A DNA stretch of 64,000 nucleotides from Auanema rhodensis (taxonomy: Eukaryota; Animalia; Nematoda). Within the stretch, counting starts at the first letter, position 1; every line of letters begins with the position of its first letter. The stretch is from contig OZ059897.1 of NCBI GenBank assembly GCA_964057225.1, forward strand, positions 4,588,001-4,652,000, read 5' to 3'. The position numbers and the translations under genes were made by a program. This document shows, piece by piece, positions 1-13,690 of the stretch. The notes under the pieces are model-generated. The model did not search any database. It was not told the origin of the DNA and saw only the letters and a program-made list of their open reading frames with translations.

Positions 1-119
1 CAAATCTGATAACACAGATCAACGCAGCTTAAAAATCCGCCTCGAATGCACTATACTACATTGAGAAACGCTTTATACAAAAATTAGTTATGATCGTATG
101 AAAAATAATGCATTAGTGT

Positions 120-147
120 ATGTTGAGTTCCCATGTACACTCAACAT
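120..147. other. 9-bp stem, 10-nt loop inverted repeat in the monomer (example copy)
   Basis: ATGTTGAGT (120-128) pairs with ACTCAACAT (139-147). It is perfect in GTTGAG monomers and has one mismatch in GCTGAG monomers. The perfect palindrome TAATGCATTA lies next to it at 106-115. Confidence 0.8.
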
Positions 148-3138
148 TGCTTCCAAAAACATTTTGACAAAAATTTTCCCGAAAAATTTCTGAATAATTT
201 CACAAAAAGTAGATGTTTTTAGATTCTTTTTTTCAAGACGAATACGATGGACAATGTTTTTCAACGAAAAAATCATTTCTTCAGGGTGAAAATCGAGGAT
301 ATAAGTGTGAACATATATCAGTTGATATCTCGGTGCATTTTTAAGTTAACTCAAATCTGATAACACAGATCAACGCAGCTTACAAATCCGCATCGAATGC
401 ACTATACTACATTGAGAAACGCTCTATACAAAAATTAGTTATGATCGTTTGAAAAATAATGCATTAGTGTATGCTGAGTTCCCATGTACACTCAACATTG
501 CTTCCAAAAACATTGTGACAAAAATTTTCCCGAAAAATTTCTAAATAATTTCACAAAAAGTAGGAGTTTTTAGATTTCTTTTTTCAAGGCAAAGACGATG
601 GACAATGTTATTCAACGAAAAAATTAATTCTTCAGGGTGAAAATCGAGGATATAAGTGTGAACCTATATCAGTTGATTACTCGGTGCATTTTTAAGCTAG
701 CGCAAAATCTGATAACACAGATCGACGCAGCTTAAAAATCCGCATCGAATGCACTATACTACATTGAGAAACGCTCTATACAAAAATTAGTTATGATCGT
801 TTGAAAAATAATGCATTAGTGTATGTTGAGTTCCCATGTACACTCAACATTGCTTCCAAAAACATTTTGACAAAAATTTTCCCGAAAAATTTCTAAATAA
901 TTTCACAAAAAGTAGATGTTTTTAGATTCCTTTTTTCAAGACGAATACGATGGACAATGTTTTTTAACGAAAAAATCATTTCTTCAGGGTGAAAATCGAG
1001 GATATAAGTGTGAACATATATCAGTTGATATCTCGGTGCATTTTTAAGCTAACTCAAATCTGATAACACAGATCGACGCAGCTTAAAAATCCGCATCGAA
1101 TGCACTATACTACATTGAGAAACGCTCTATACAAAAATTAGTTATGATCGTTTGAAAAATAATGCATTAGTGTATGCTGAGTTCCCATGTACACTCAACA
1201 TTGCTTCCAAAAACATTTTGACAAAAATTTTCCCGAAAAATTTCTAAATAATTTCACAAAAAGTAGATGTTTTTAGATTCCTTTTTTCAAGACGAATACG
1301 ATGGACAATGTTTTTCAACAAAAAAATCATTTCTTCAGGGTGAAAATCGAGGATATAAGTGTGAACATATATCAGTTGATATCTCGGTGCATTTTTAAGT
1401 TAACTCAAATCTGATAACACAGATCAACGCAGCTTAAAAATCCGCCTCGAATGCACTATACTACATTGAGAAACGCTTTATACAAAAATTAGTTATGATC
1501 GTATGAAAAATAATGCATTAGTGTATGTTGAGTTCCCATGTACACTCAACATTGCTTCCAAAAACATTTTGACAAAAATTTTCCCGAAAAATTTCTGAAT
1601 AATTTCACAAAAAGTAGATGTTTTTAGATTCTTTTTTTCAAGACGAATACGATGGACAATGTTTTTCAACGAAAAAATCATTTCTTCAGGGTGAAAATCG
1701 AGGATATAAGTGTGAACATATATCAGTTGATATCTCGGTGCATTTTTAAGCTAACTCAAATCTGATAACACAGATCGACGCAGCTTAAAAATCCGCATCG
1801 AATGCACTATACTACATTGAGAAACGCTCTATACAAAAATTAGTTATGATCGTTTGAAAAATAATGCATTAGTGTATGCTGAGTTCCCATGTACACTCAA
1901 CATTGCTTCCAAAAACATTGTGACAAAAATTTTCCCGAAAAATTTCTAAATAATTTCACAAAAAGTAGATGTTTTTAGATTCCTTTTTTCAAGGCAAAGA
2001 CGATGGACAATGTTATTCAACGAAAAAATTAATTCTTCAGGGTGAAAATCGAGGATATAAGTGTGAACCTATATCAGTTGATATCTCGGTGCATTTTCAA
2101 GCTAGCGCAAATCTGATAACACAGATCGACGCAGCTTAAAAATCCGCATCGAATGCACTATACTACATTGATAAACGCTTAATACAAAAATTAGTTATGA
2201 TCGTTTGAAAAATAATGCATTAGTGTATGTTGAGTTCCCATGTACACTCAACATTGCTTCCAAAAACATTTTGACAAAAATTTTCCCGAAAAATTTCTAA
2301 ATAATTTCACAAAAAGTAGATGTTTTTAGATTCCTTTTTTCAAGACGAATACTATGGACAATGTTTTTCAACGAAAAAATCATTTCTTCAGGGTGAAAAT
2401 CGAGGATATAAGTGTGAACATATATCAGTTGATATCTCGGTGCATTTTTAAGTTAACTCAAATCTGATAACACAGATCAACGCAGCTTAAAAATCCGCCT
2501 CGAATGCACTATACTACATTGAGAAACGCTTTATACAAAAATTAGTTATGATCGTATGAAAAATAATGCATTAGTGTATGTTGAGTTCCCATGTACACTC
2601 AACATTGCTTCCAAAAACATTTTGACAAAAATTTTCCCGAAAAATTTCTAAATAATTTCACAAAAAGTAGATGTTTTTAGATTCCTTTTTTCAAGACGAA
2701 TACGATGGACAATGTTTTTCAACGAAAAAATCATTTCTTCAGGGTGAAAATCGAGGATATAAGTGTGAACATATATCAGTTGATATCTCGGTGCATTTTT
2801 AAGCTAACTCAAATCTGATAACACAGATCGACGCAGCTTAAAAATCCGCATCGAATGCACTATACTACATTGAGAAACGCTCTATACAAAAATTAGTTAT
2901 GATCGTTTGAAAAATAATGCATTAGTGTATGCTGAGTTCCCATGTACACTCAACATTGCTTCCAAAAACATTGTGACAAAAATTTTCCCGAAAAATTTCT
3001 AAATAATTTCACAAAAAGTAGGAGTTTTTAGATTTCTTTTTTCAAGGCAAAGACAATGGACAATGTTATTCAACGAAAAAATTAATTCTTCAGGGTGAAA
3101 ATCGAGGATATAAGTGTGAACCTATATCAGTTGATTAC

Positions 3139-3205
3139 TCGGTGCATTTTTAAGCTAGCGCAAATCTGATAACACAGATCAACGCAGCTTAAAAATCCGC
3201 ATCGA
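3139..3205. other. Long imperfect inverted repeat spanning monomer-monomer boundaries (example copy)
   Basis: ATTTTTAAGCT (3146-3156) and AGCTTAAAAAT (3186-3196) are perfect 11-bp arms. The outer extension is TCGGTGC/GCATCGA; the inner stems are GCG/CGC and ATCTG/CAGAT. Confidence 0.8.
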
Positions 3206-6200
3206 ATGCACTATACTACATTGAGAAACGCTCCATACAAAAATTAGTTATGATCGTTTGAAAAATAATGCATTAGTGTATGTTGAGTTCCCATGTACAC
3301 TCAACATTGCTTCCAAAAACATTTTGACAAAAATTTTCCCGAAAAATTTCTGAATAATTTCACAAAAAGTAGATGTTTTTAGATTCTTTTTTTCAAGACG
3401 AATACGATGGACAATGTTTTTCAACGAAAAAATCATTTCTTCAGGGTGAAAATCGAGGATATAAGTGTGAACATATATCAGTTGATATCTCGGTGCATTT
3501 TTAAGCTAACTCAAATCTGATAACACAGATCGACGCAGCTTAAAAATCCGCATCGAATGCACTATACTACATTGAGAAACGCTCTATACAAAAATTAGTT
3601 ATGATCGTTTGAAAAATAATGCATTAGTGTATGCTGAGTTCCCATGTACACTCAACATTGCTTCCAAAAACATTGTGACAAAAATTTTCCCGAAAAATTT
3701 CTAAATAATTTCACAAAAAGTAGATGTTTTTAGATTTCTTTTTTCAAGGCAAAGACGATGGACAATGTTATTCAACGAAAAAATTAATTCTTCAGGGTGA
3801 AAATCGAGGATATAAGTGTGAACCTATATCAGTTGATTACTCGGTGCATTTTTAAGCTAGCGCAAATCTGATAACACAGATCAACGCAGCTTAAAAATCC
3901 GCATCGAATGCACTATACTACATTGAGAAACGCTCTATACAAAAATTAGTTATGATCGTTTGAAAAATAATGCATTAGTGTATGCTGAGTTCCCATGTAC
4001 ACTCAACATTGCTTCCAAAAACATTGTGACAAAAATTTTCCCGAAAAATTTCTAAATAATTTCACAAAAAGTAGGAGTTTTTAGATTTCTTTTTTCAAGG
4101 CAAAGACAATGGACAATGTTATTCAACGAAAAAATTAATTCTTCAGGGTGAAAATCGAGGATATAAGTGTGAACCTATATCAGTTGATTACTCGGTGCAT
4201 TTTTAAGCTAGCGCAAATCTGATAACACAGATCAACGCAGCTTAAAAATCCGCATCGAATGCACTATACTACATTGAGAAACGCTCCATACAAAAATTAG
4301 TTATGATCGTTTGAAAAATAATGCATTAGTGTATGTTGAGTTCCCATGTACACTCAACATTGCTTCCAAAAACATTTTGACAAAAATTTTCCCGAAAAAT
4401 TTCTGAATAATTTCACAAAAAGTAGATGTTTTTAGATTCTTTTTTTCAAGACAAATACGATGGACAATGTTTTTCAACGAAAAAATCATTTCTTCAGGGT
4501 GAAAATCGAGGATATAAGTGTGAACATATATCAGTTGATATCTCGGTGCATTTTTAAGCTAACTCAAATCTGATAACACAGATCGACGCAGCTTAAAAAT
4601 CCGCATCGAATGCACTATACTACATTGAGAAACGCTCCATACAAAAATTAGTTATGATCGTTTGAAAAATAATGCATTAGTGTATGTTGAGTTCCCATGT
4701 ACACTCAACATTGCTTCCAAAAACATTTTGACAAAAATTTTCCCGAAAAATTTCTGAATAATTTCACAAAAAGTAGATGTTTTTAGATTCTTTTTTTCAA
4801 GACGAATACGATGGACAATGTTATTCAACGAAAAAATTAATTCTTCAGGGTGAAAATCGAGGATATAAGTGTGAACCTATATCAGTTGATATCTCGGTGC
4901 ATTTTTAAGCTAACTCAAATCTGATAACACAGATCGACGCAGCTTAAAAATCCGCATCGAATGCACTATACTACATTGAGAAACGCTCTATACAAAAATT
5001 AGTTATGATCGTTTGAAAAATAATGCATTAGTGTATGCTGAGTTCCCATGTACACTCAACATTGCTTCCAAAAACATTGTGACAAAAATTTTCCCGAAAA
5101 ATTTCTGAATAATTTCACAAAAAGTAGATGTTTTTAGATTCCTTTTTTCAAGGCAAAGACGATGGACAATGTTATTCAACGAAAAAATTAATTCTTCAGG
5201 GTGAAAATCGAGGATATAAGTGTGAACCTATATCAGTTGATATCTCGGTGCATTTTCAAGCTAGCGCAAATCTGATAACACAGATCGACGCAGCTTAAAA
5301 ATCCGCATCGAATGCACTATACTACATTGATAAACGCTTAATACAAAAATTAGTTATGATCGTTTGAAAAATAATGCATTAGTGTATGCTGAGTTCCCAT
5401 GTACACTCAACATTGCTTCCAAAAACATTTTGACAAAAATTTTCCCAAAAAATTTCTGAATAATTTCACAAAAAGTAGATGTTTTTAGATTCTTTTTTTC
5501 AAGACGAATACGATGGACAATGTTTTTCAACGAAAAAATCATTTCTTCAGGGTGAAAATCGAGGATATAAGTGTGAACATATATCAGTTGATATCTCGGT
5601 GCATTTTTAAGCTAACTCAAATCTGATAACACAGATCGACGCAGCTTAAAAATCCGCATCGAATGCACTATACTACATTGAGAAACGCTCTATACAAAAA
5701 TTAGTTATGATCGTTTGAAAAATAATGCATTAGTGTATGCTGAGTTCCCATGTACACTCAACATTGCTTCCAAAAACATTTTGACAAAAATTTTCCCGAA
5801 AAATTTCTGAATAATTTCACAAAAAGTAGATGTTTTTAGATTCTTTTTTTCAAGACGAATACGATGGACAATGTTTTTCAACGAAAAAATCATTTCTTCA
5901 GGGTGAAAATCGAGGATATAAGTGTGAACATATATCAGTTGATATCTCGGTGCATTTTTAAGCTAACTCAAATCTGATAACACAGATCGACGCAGCTTAA
6001 AAATCCGCATCGAATGCACTATACTACATTGAGAAACGCTCTATACAAAAATTAGTTATGATCGTTTGAAAAATAATGCATTAGTGTATGCTGAGTTCCC
6101 ATGTACACTCAACATTGCTTCCAAAAACATTGTGACAAAAATTTTCCCGAAAAATTTCTAAATAATTTCACAAAAAGTAGATGTTTTTAGATTCCTTTTT

Positions 6201-9200
6201 TCAAGACGAATACGATGGACAATGTTTTTCAACGAAAAAATCATTTCTTCAGGGTGAAAATCGAGGATATAAGTGTGAACATATATCAGTTGATTACTCG
6301 GTGCATTTTTAAGCTAGCGCAAATCTGATAACACAGATCAACGCAACTCAAAAATCCGCATCGAATGCACTATACTACATTGAGAAACGCTCTATACAAA
6401 AATTAGTTATGATCGTTTGAAAAATAATGCATTAGTGTATGCTGAGTTCCCATGTACACTCAACATTGCTTCCAAAAACATTGTGACAAAAATTTTCCCG
6501 AAAAATTTCTAAATAATTTCACAAAAAGTAGGAGTTTTTAGATTTCTTTTCTCAAGGCAAAGACGATGGACAATGTTATTCAACGAAAAAATTAATTCTT
6601 CAGGGTGAAAATCGAGGATATAAGTGTGAACCTATATCAGTTGATTACTCGGTGCATTTTTAAGCTAGCGCAAATCTGATAACACAGATCAACGCAGCTC
6701 AAAAATCCGCATCGAATGCACTATACTACATTGAGAAACGCTCCATACAAAAATTAGTTATGATCGTTTGAAAAATAATGCATTAGTGTATGTTGAGTTC
6801 CCATGTACACTCAACATTGCTTCCAAAAACATTTTGACAAAAATTTTCCCGAAAAATTTCTGAATAATTTTACAAAAAGTAGATGTTTTTAGATTCTTTT
6901 TTTCAAGACGAATACGATGGACAATGTTTTTCAACGAAAAAATCATTTCTTCAGGGTGAAAATCGAGGATATAAGTGTGAACATATATCAGTTGATATCT
7001 CCGTGCATTTTTAAGCTAACTCAAATCTGATAACACAGATCGACGCAGCTTAAAAATCCGCATCGAATGCACTATACTACATTGAGAAACGCTCCATACA
7101 AAAATTAGTTATGATCGTTTGAAAAATAATGCATTAGTGTATGTTGAGTTCCCATGTACACTCAACATTGCTTCCAAAAACATTTTGACAAAAATTTTCC
7201 CGAAAAATTTCTGAATAATTTCACAAAAAGTAGATGTTTTTAGATTCTTTTTTTCAAGACGAATACGATGGACAATGTTTTTCAACGAAAAAATCATTTC
7301 TTCAGGGTGAAAATCGAGGATATAAGTGTGAACATATATCAGTTGATTACTCGGTGCATTTTTAAGCTAGCGCAAATCTGATAACACAGATCAACGCAAC
7401 TCAAAAATCCGCATCGAATGCACTATACTACATTGAGAAACGCTCTATACAAAAATTAGTTATGATCGTTTGAAAAATAATGCATTAGTGTATGCTGAGT
7501 TCCCATGTACACTCAACATTGCTTCCAAAAACATTGTGACAAAAATTTTCCCGAAAAATTTCTAAATAATTTCACAAAAAGTAGGAGTTTTTAGATTTCT
7601 TTTCTCAAGGCAAAGACGATGGACAATGTTATTCAACGAAAAAATTAATTCTTCAGGGTGAAAATCGAGGATATAAGTGTGAACCTATATCAGTTGATTA
7701 CTCGGTGCATTTTTAAGCTAGCGCAAATCTGATAACACAGATCAACGCAGCTCAAAAATCCGCATCGAATGCACTATACTACATTGAGAAACGCTCCATA
7801 CAAAAATTAGTTATGATCGTTTGAAAAATAATGCATTAGTGTATGTTGAGTTCCCATGTACACTCAACATTGCTTCCAAAAACATTTTGACAAAAATTTT
7901 CCCGAAAAATTTCTGAATAATTTCACAAAAAGTAGATGTTTTTAGATTCTTTTTTTCAAGACGAATACGATGGACAATGTTTTTCAACGAAAAAATTAAT
8001 TCTTCAGGGTGAAAATCGAGGATATAAGTGTGAACATATATCAGTTGATATCTCGGTGCATTTTTAAGCTAACTCAAATCTGATAACACAGATCGACGCA
8101 GCTTAAAAATCCGCATCGAATGCACTATACTACATTGAGAAACGCTTTATACAAAAATTAGTTATGATCGTATGAAAAATAATGCATTAGTGTATGTTGA
8201 GTTCCCATGTACACTCAACATTGCTTCCAAAAACATTTTGACAAAAATTTTCCCGAAAAATTTCTAAATAATTTCACAAAAAGTAGATGTTTTTAGATTC
8301 CTTTTTTCAAGACGAATACGATGGACAATGTTTTTCAACGAAAAAATCATTTCTTCAGGGTGAAAATCGAGGATATAAGTGTGAACCTATATCAGTTGAT
8401 TACTCGGTGCATTTTTAAGCTAGCGCAAATCTGATAACACAGATCAACGCAGCTCAAAAATCCGCATCGAATGCACTATACTACATTGAGAAACGCTCCA
8501 TACAAAAATTAGTTATGATCGTTTGAAAAATAATGCATTAGTGTATGTTGAGTTCCCATGTACACTCAACATTGCTTCCAAAAACATTTTGACAAAAATT
8601 TTCCCGAAAAATTTCTGAATAATTTCACAAAAAGTAGATGTTTTTAGATTCTTTTTTTCAAGACGAATACGATGGACAATGTTTTTCAACGAAAAAATTA
8701 ATTCTTCAGGGTGAAAATCGAGGATATAAGTGTGAACATATATCAGTTGATATCTCGGTGCATTTTTAAGCTAACTCAAATCTGATAACACAGATCGACG
8801 CAGCTTAAAAATCCGCATCGAATGCACTATACTACATTGAGAAACGCTTTATACAAAAATTAGTTATGATCGTATGAAAAATAATGCATTAGTGTATGTT
8901 GAGTTCCCATGTACACTCAACATTGCTTCCAAAAACATTTTGACAAAAATTTTCCCGAAAAATTTCTAAATAATTTCACAAAAAGTAGATGTTTTTAGAT
9001 TCCTTTTTTCAAGACGAATACGATGGACAATGTTTTTCAACGAAAAAATCATTTCTTCAGGGTGAAAATCGAGGATATAAGTGTGAACATATATCAGTTG
9101 ATATCTCGGTGCATTTTTAAGCTAACTCAAATCTGATAACACAGATCGACGCAGCTTAAAAATCCGCATCGAATGCACTATACTACATTGAGAAACGCTT

Positions 9201-12200
9201 TATACAAAAATTAGTTATGATCGTATGAAAAATAATGCATTAGTGTATGTTGAGTTCCCATGTACACTCAACATTGCTTCCAAAAACATTGTGACAAAAA
9301 TTTTCCCGAAAAATTTCTAAATAATTTCACAAAAAGTAGGAGTTTTTAGATTTCTTTTCTCAAGGCAAAGACGATGGACAATGTTATTCAACGAAAAAAT
9401 TAATTCTTCAGGGTGAAAATCGAGGATATAAGTGTGAACCTATATCAGTTGATTACTCGGTGCATTTTTAAGCTAGCGCAAATCTGATAACACAGATCAA
9501 CGCAGCTTAAAAATCCGCATCGAATGCACTATACTACATTGAGAAACGCTTTATACAAAAATTAGTTATGATCGTATGAAAAATAATGCATTAGTGTATG
9601 TTGAGTTCCCATGTACACTCAACATTGCTTCCAAAAACATTTTGACAAAAATTTTCCCGAAAAATTTCTAAATAATTTCACAAAAAGTAGATGTTTTTAG
9701 ATTCCTTTTTTCAAGACGAATACGATGGACAATGTTTTTCAACGAAAAAATCATTTCTTCAGGGTGAAAATCGAGGATATAAGTGTGAACCTATATCAGT
9801 TGATTACTCGGTGCATTTTTAAGCTAGCGCAAATCTGATAACACAGATCAACGCAGCTCAAAAATCCGCATCGAATGCACTATACTACATTGAGAAACGC
9901 TCCATACAAAAATTAGTTATGATCGTTTGAAAAATAATGCATTAGTGTATGTTGAGTTCCCATGTACACTCAACATTGCTTCCAAAAACATTTTGACAAA
10001 AATTTTCCCGAAAAATTTCTGAATAATTTCACAAAAAGTAGATGTTTTTAGATTCTTTTTTTCAAGACGAATACGATGGACAATGTTTTTCAACGAAAAA
10101 ATTAATTCTTCAGGGTGAAAATCGAGGATATAAGTGTGAACATATATCAGTTGATATCTCGGTGCATTTTTAAGCTAACTCAAATCTGATAACACAGATC
10201 GACGCAGCTTAAAAATCCGCATCGAATGCACTATACTACATTGAGAAACGCTTTATACAAAAATTAGTTATGATCGTATGAAAAATAATGCATTAGTGTA
10301 TGTTGAGTTCCCATGTACACTCAACATTGCTTCCAAAAACATTTTGACAAAAATTTTCCCGAAAAATTTCTAAATAATTTCACAAAAAGTAGATGTTTTT
10401 AGATTCCTTTTTTCAAGACGAATACGATGGACAATGTTTTTCAACGAAAAAATCATTTCTTCAGGGTGAAAATCGAGGATATAAGTGTGAACATACATCA
10501 GTTGATATCTCGGTGCATTTTTAAGCTAACTCAAATCTGATAACACAGATCGACGCAGCTTAAAAATCCGCATCGAATGCACTATACTACATTGAGAAAC
10601 GCTCCATACAAAAATTAGTTATGATCGTTTGAAAAATAATGCATTAGTGTATGTTGAGTTCCCATGTACACTCAACATTGCTTCCAAAAACATTGTGACA
10701 AAAATTTTCCCGAAAAATTTCTAAATAATTTCACAAAAAGTAGGAGTTTTTAGATTTCTTTTCTCAAGGCAAAGACGATGGACAATGTTATTCAACGAAA
10801 AAATTAATTCTTCAGGGTGAAAATCGAGGATATAAGTGTGAACCTATATCAGTTGATTACTCGGTGCATTTTTAAGCTAGCGCAAATCTGATAACACAGA
10901 TCAACGCAGCTTAAAAATCCGCATCGAATGCACTATACTACATTGAGAAACGCTCCATACAAAAATTAGTTATGATCGTTTGAAAAATAATGCATTAGTG
11001 TATGTTGAGTTCCCATGTACACTCAACATTGCTTCCAAAAACATTTTGACAAAAATTTTCCCGAAAAATTTCTGAATAATTTCACAAAAAGTAGATGTTT
11101 TTAGATTCTTTTTTTCAAGACGAATACGATGGACAATGTTTTTCAACGAAAAAATCATTTCTTCAGGGTGAAAATCGAGGATATAAGTGTGAACATATAT
11201 CAGTTGATATCTCGGTGCATTTTCAAGCTAACTCAAATCTGATAACACAGATCGACGCAGCTTAAAAATCCGCATCGAATGCACTATACTACATTGAGAA
11301 ACGCTCTATACAAAAATTAGTTATGATCGTTTGAAAAATAATGCATTAGTGTATGCTGAGTTCCCATGTACACTCAACATTGCTTCCAAAAACATTGTGA
11401 CAAAAATTTTCCCGAAAAATTTCTAAATAATTTCACAAAAAGTAGGAGTTTTTAGATTTCTTTTCTCAAGGCAAAGACGATGGACAATGTTATTCAACGA
11501 AAAAATTAATTCTTCAGGGTGAAAATCGAGGATATAAGTGTGAACCTATATCAGTTGATTACTCGGTGCATTTTTAAGCTAGCGCAAATCTGATAACACA
11601 GATCAACGCAGCTTAAAAATCCGCATCGAATGCACTATACTACATTGAGAAACGCTCCATACAAAAATTAGTTATGATCGTTTGAAAAATAATGCATTAG
11701 TGTATGTTGAGTTCCCATGTACACTCAACATTGCTTCCAAAAACATTTTGACAAAAATTTTCCCGAAAAATTTCTGAATAATTTCACAAAAAGTAGATGT
11801 TTTTAGATTCTTTTTTTCAAGACGAATACGATGGACAATGTTTTTCAACGAAAAAATCATTTCTTCAGGGTGAAAATCGAGGATATAAGTGTGAACATAT
11901 ATCAGTTGATATCTCGGTGCATTTTTAAGCTAACTCAAATCTGATAACACAGATCGACGCAGTTTAAAAATCCGCATCGAATGCACTATACTACATTGAG
12001 AAACGCTCTATACAAAAATTAGTTATGATCGTTTGAAAAATAATGCATTAGTGTATGCTGAGTTCCCATGTACACTCAACATTGCTTCCAAAAACATTGT
12101 GACAAAAATTTTCCCGAAAAATTTCTAAATAATTTCACAAAAAGTAGATGTTTTTAGATTCCTTTTTTCAAGACGAATACGATGGACAATGTTTTTCAAC

Positions 12201-13690
12201 GAAAAAATCATTTCTTCAGGGTGAAAATCGAGGATATAAGTGTGAACATATATCAGTTGATTACTCGGTGCATTTTTAAGCTAGCGCAAATCTGATAACA
12301 CAGATCAACGCAACTCAAAAATCCGCATCGAATGCACTATACTACATTGAGAAACGCTCTATACAAAAATTAGTTATGATCGTTTGAAAAATAATGCATT
12401 AGTGTATGCTGAGTTCCCATGTACACTCAACATTGCTTCCAAAAACATTGTGACAAAAATTTTCCCGAAAAATTTCTAAATAATTTCACAAAAAGTAGGA
12501 GTTTTTAGATTTCTTTTCTCAAGGCAAAGACGATGGACAATGTTATTCAACGAAAAAATTAATTCTTCAGGGTGAAAATCGAGGATATAAGTGTGAACCT
12601 ATATCAGTTGATTACTCGGTGCATTTTTAAGCTAGCGCAAATCTGATAACACAGATCAACGCAGCTTAAAAATCCGCATCGAATGCACTATACTACATTG
12701 AGAAACGCTCCATACAAAAATTAGTTATGATCGTTTGAAAAATAATGCATTAGTGTATGTTGAGTTCCCATGTACACTCAACATTGCTTCCAAAAACATT
12801 TTGACAAAAATTTTCCCGAAAAATTTCTGAATAATTTCACAAAAAGTAGATGTTTTTAGATTCTTTTTTTCAAGACGAATACGATGGACAATGTTTTTCA
12901 ACGAAAAAATCATTTCTTCAGGGTGAAAATCGAGGATATAAGTGTGAACATATATCAGTTGATATCTCGGTGCATTTTTAAGCTAACTCAAATCTGATAA
13001 CACAGATCGACGCAGCTTAAAAATCCGCATCGAATGCACTATACTACATTGAGAAACGCTCTATACAAAAATTAGTTATGATCGTTTGAAAAATAATGCA
13101 TTAGTGTATGCTGAGTTCCCATGTACACTCAACATTGCTTCCAAAAACATTGTGACAAAAATTTTCCCGAAAAATTTCTAAATAATTTCACAAAAAGTAG
13201 GAGTTTTTAGATTTCTTTTCTCAAGGCAAAGACGATGGACAATGTTATTCAACGAAAAAATTAATTCTTCAGGGTGAAAATCGAGGATATAAGTGTGAAC
13301 CTATATCAGTTGATTACTCGGTGCATTTTTAAGCTAGCGCAAATCTGATAACACAGATCAACGCAGCTCAAAAATCCGCATCGAATGCACTATACTACAT
13401 TGAGAAACGCTCCATACAAAAATTAGTTATGATCGTTTGAAAAATAATGCATTAGTGTATGTTGAGTTCCCATGTACACTCAACATTGCTTCCAAAAACA
13501 TTTTGACAAAAATTTTCCCGAAAAATTTCTAAATAATTTCACAAAAAGTAGATGTTTTTAGATTCCTTTTTTCAAGACGAATACGATGGACAATGTTTTT
13601 CAACGAAAAAATCATTTCTTCAGGGTGAAAATCGAGGATATAAGTGTGAACATATATCAGTTGATATCTCGGTGCATTTTCAAGCTAACT

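Noticed and set aside
88-276. 62-aa ORF (MIFSLKNIV...) repeated about 55 times
   Set aside because: It lies entirely within the satellite monomer. It is open only in some monomers: a single SNP makes TAG in most of the others, and B types lose the ATG. The F/K/I-rich composition simply reflects A/T tracts and I recognise no domain. It is useful only as a marker of A-type monomers.
1-351. Monomer as a diverged dimer of ~175-bp subunits
   Set aside because: I could not see a colinear alignment between the two halves, only short AT-rich word repeats (ACAAAAATT, ATGTTTTT, TTTTCAA).
1-351. Assignment to a named satellite family or species; 5S rRNA, tRNA or snRNA tandem unit; telomeric repeat
   Set aside because: Several plant and insect satellites are 340-360 bp, but I do not recognise this sequence and length alone is not evidence. 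I see no recognisable structural RNA or telomere motif. A BLAST/Dfam search is needed.
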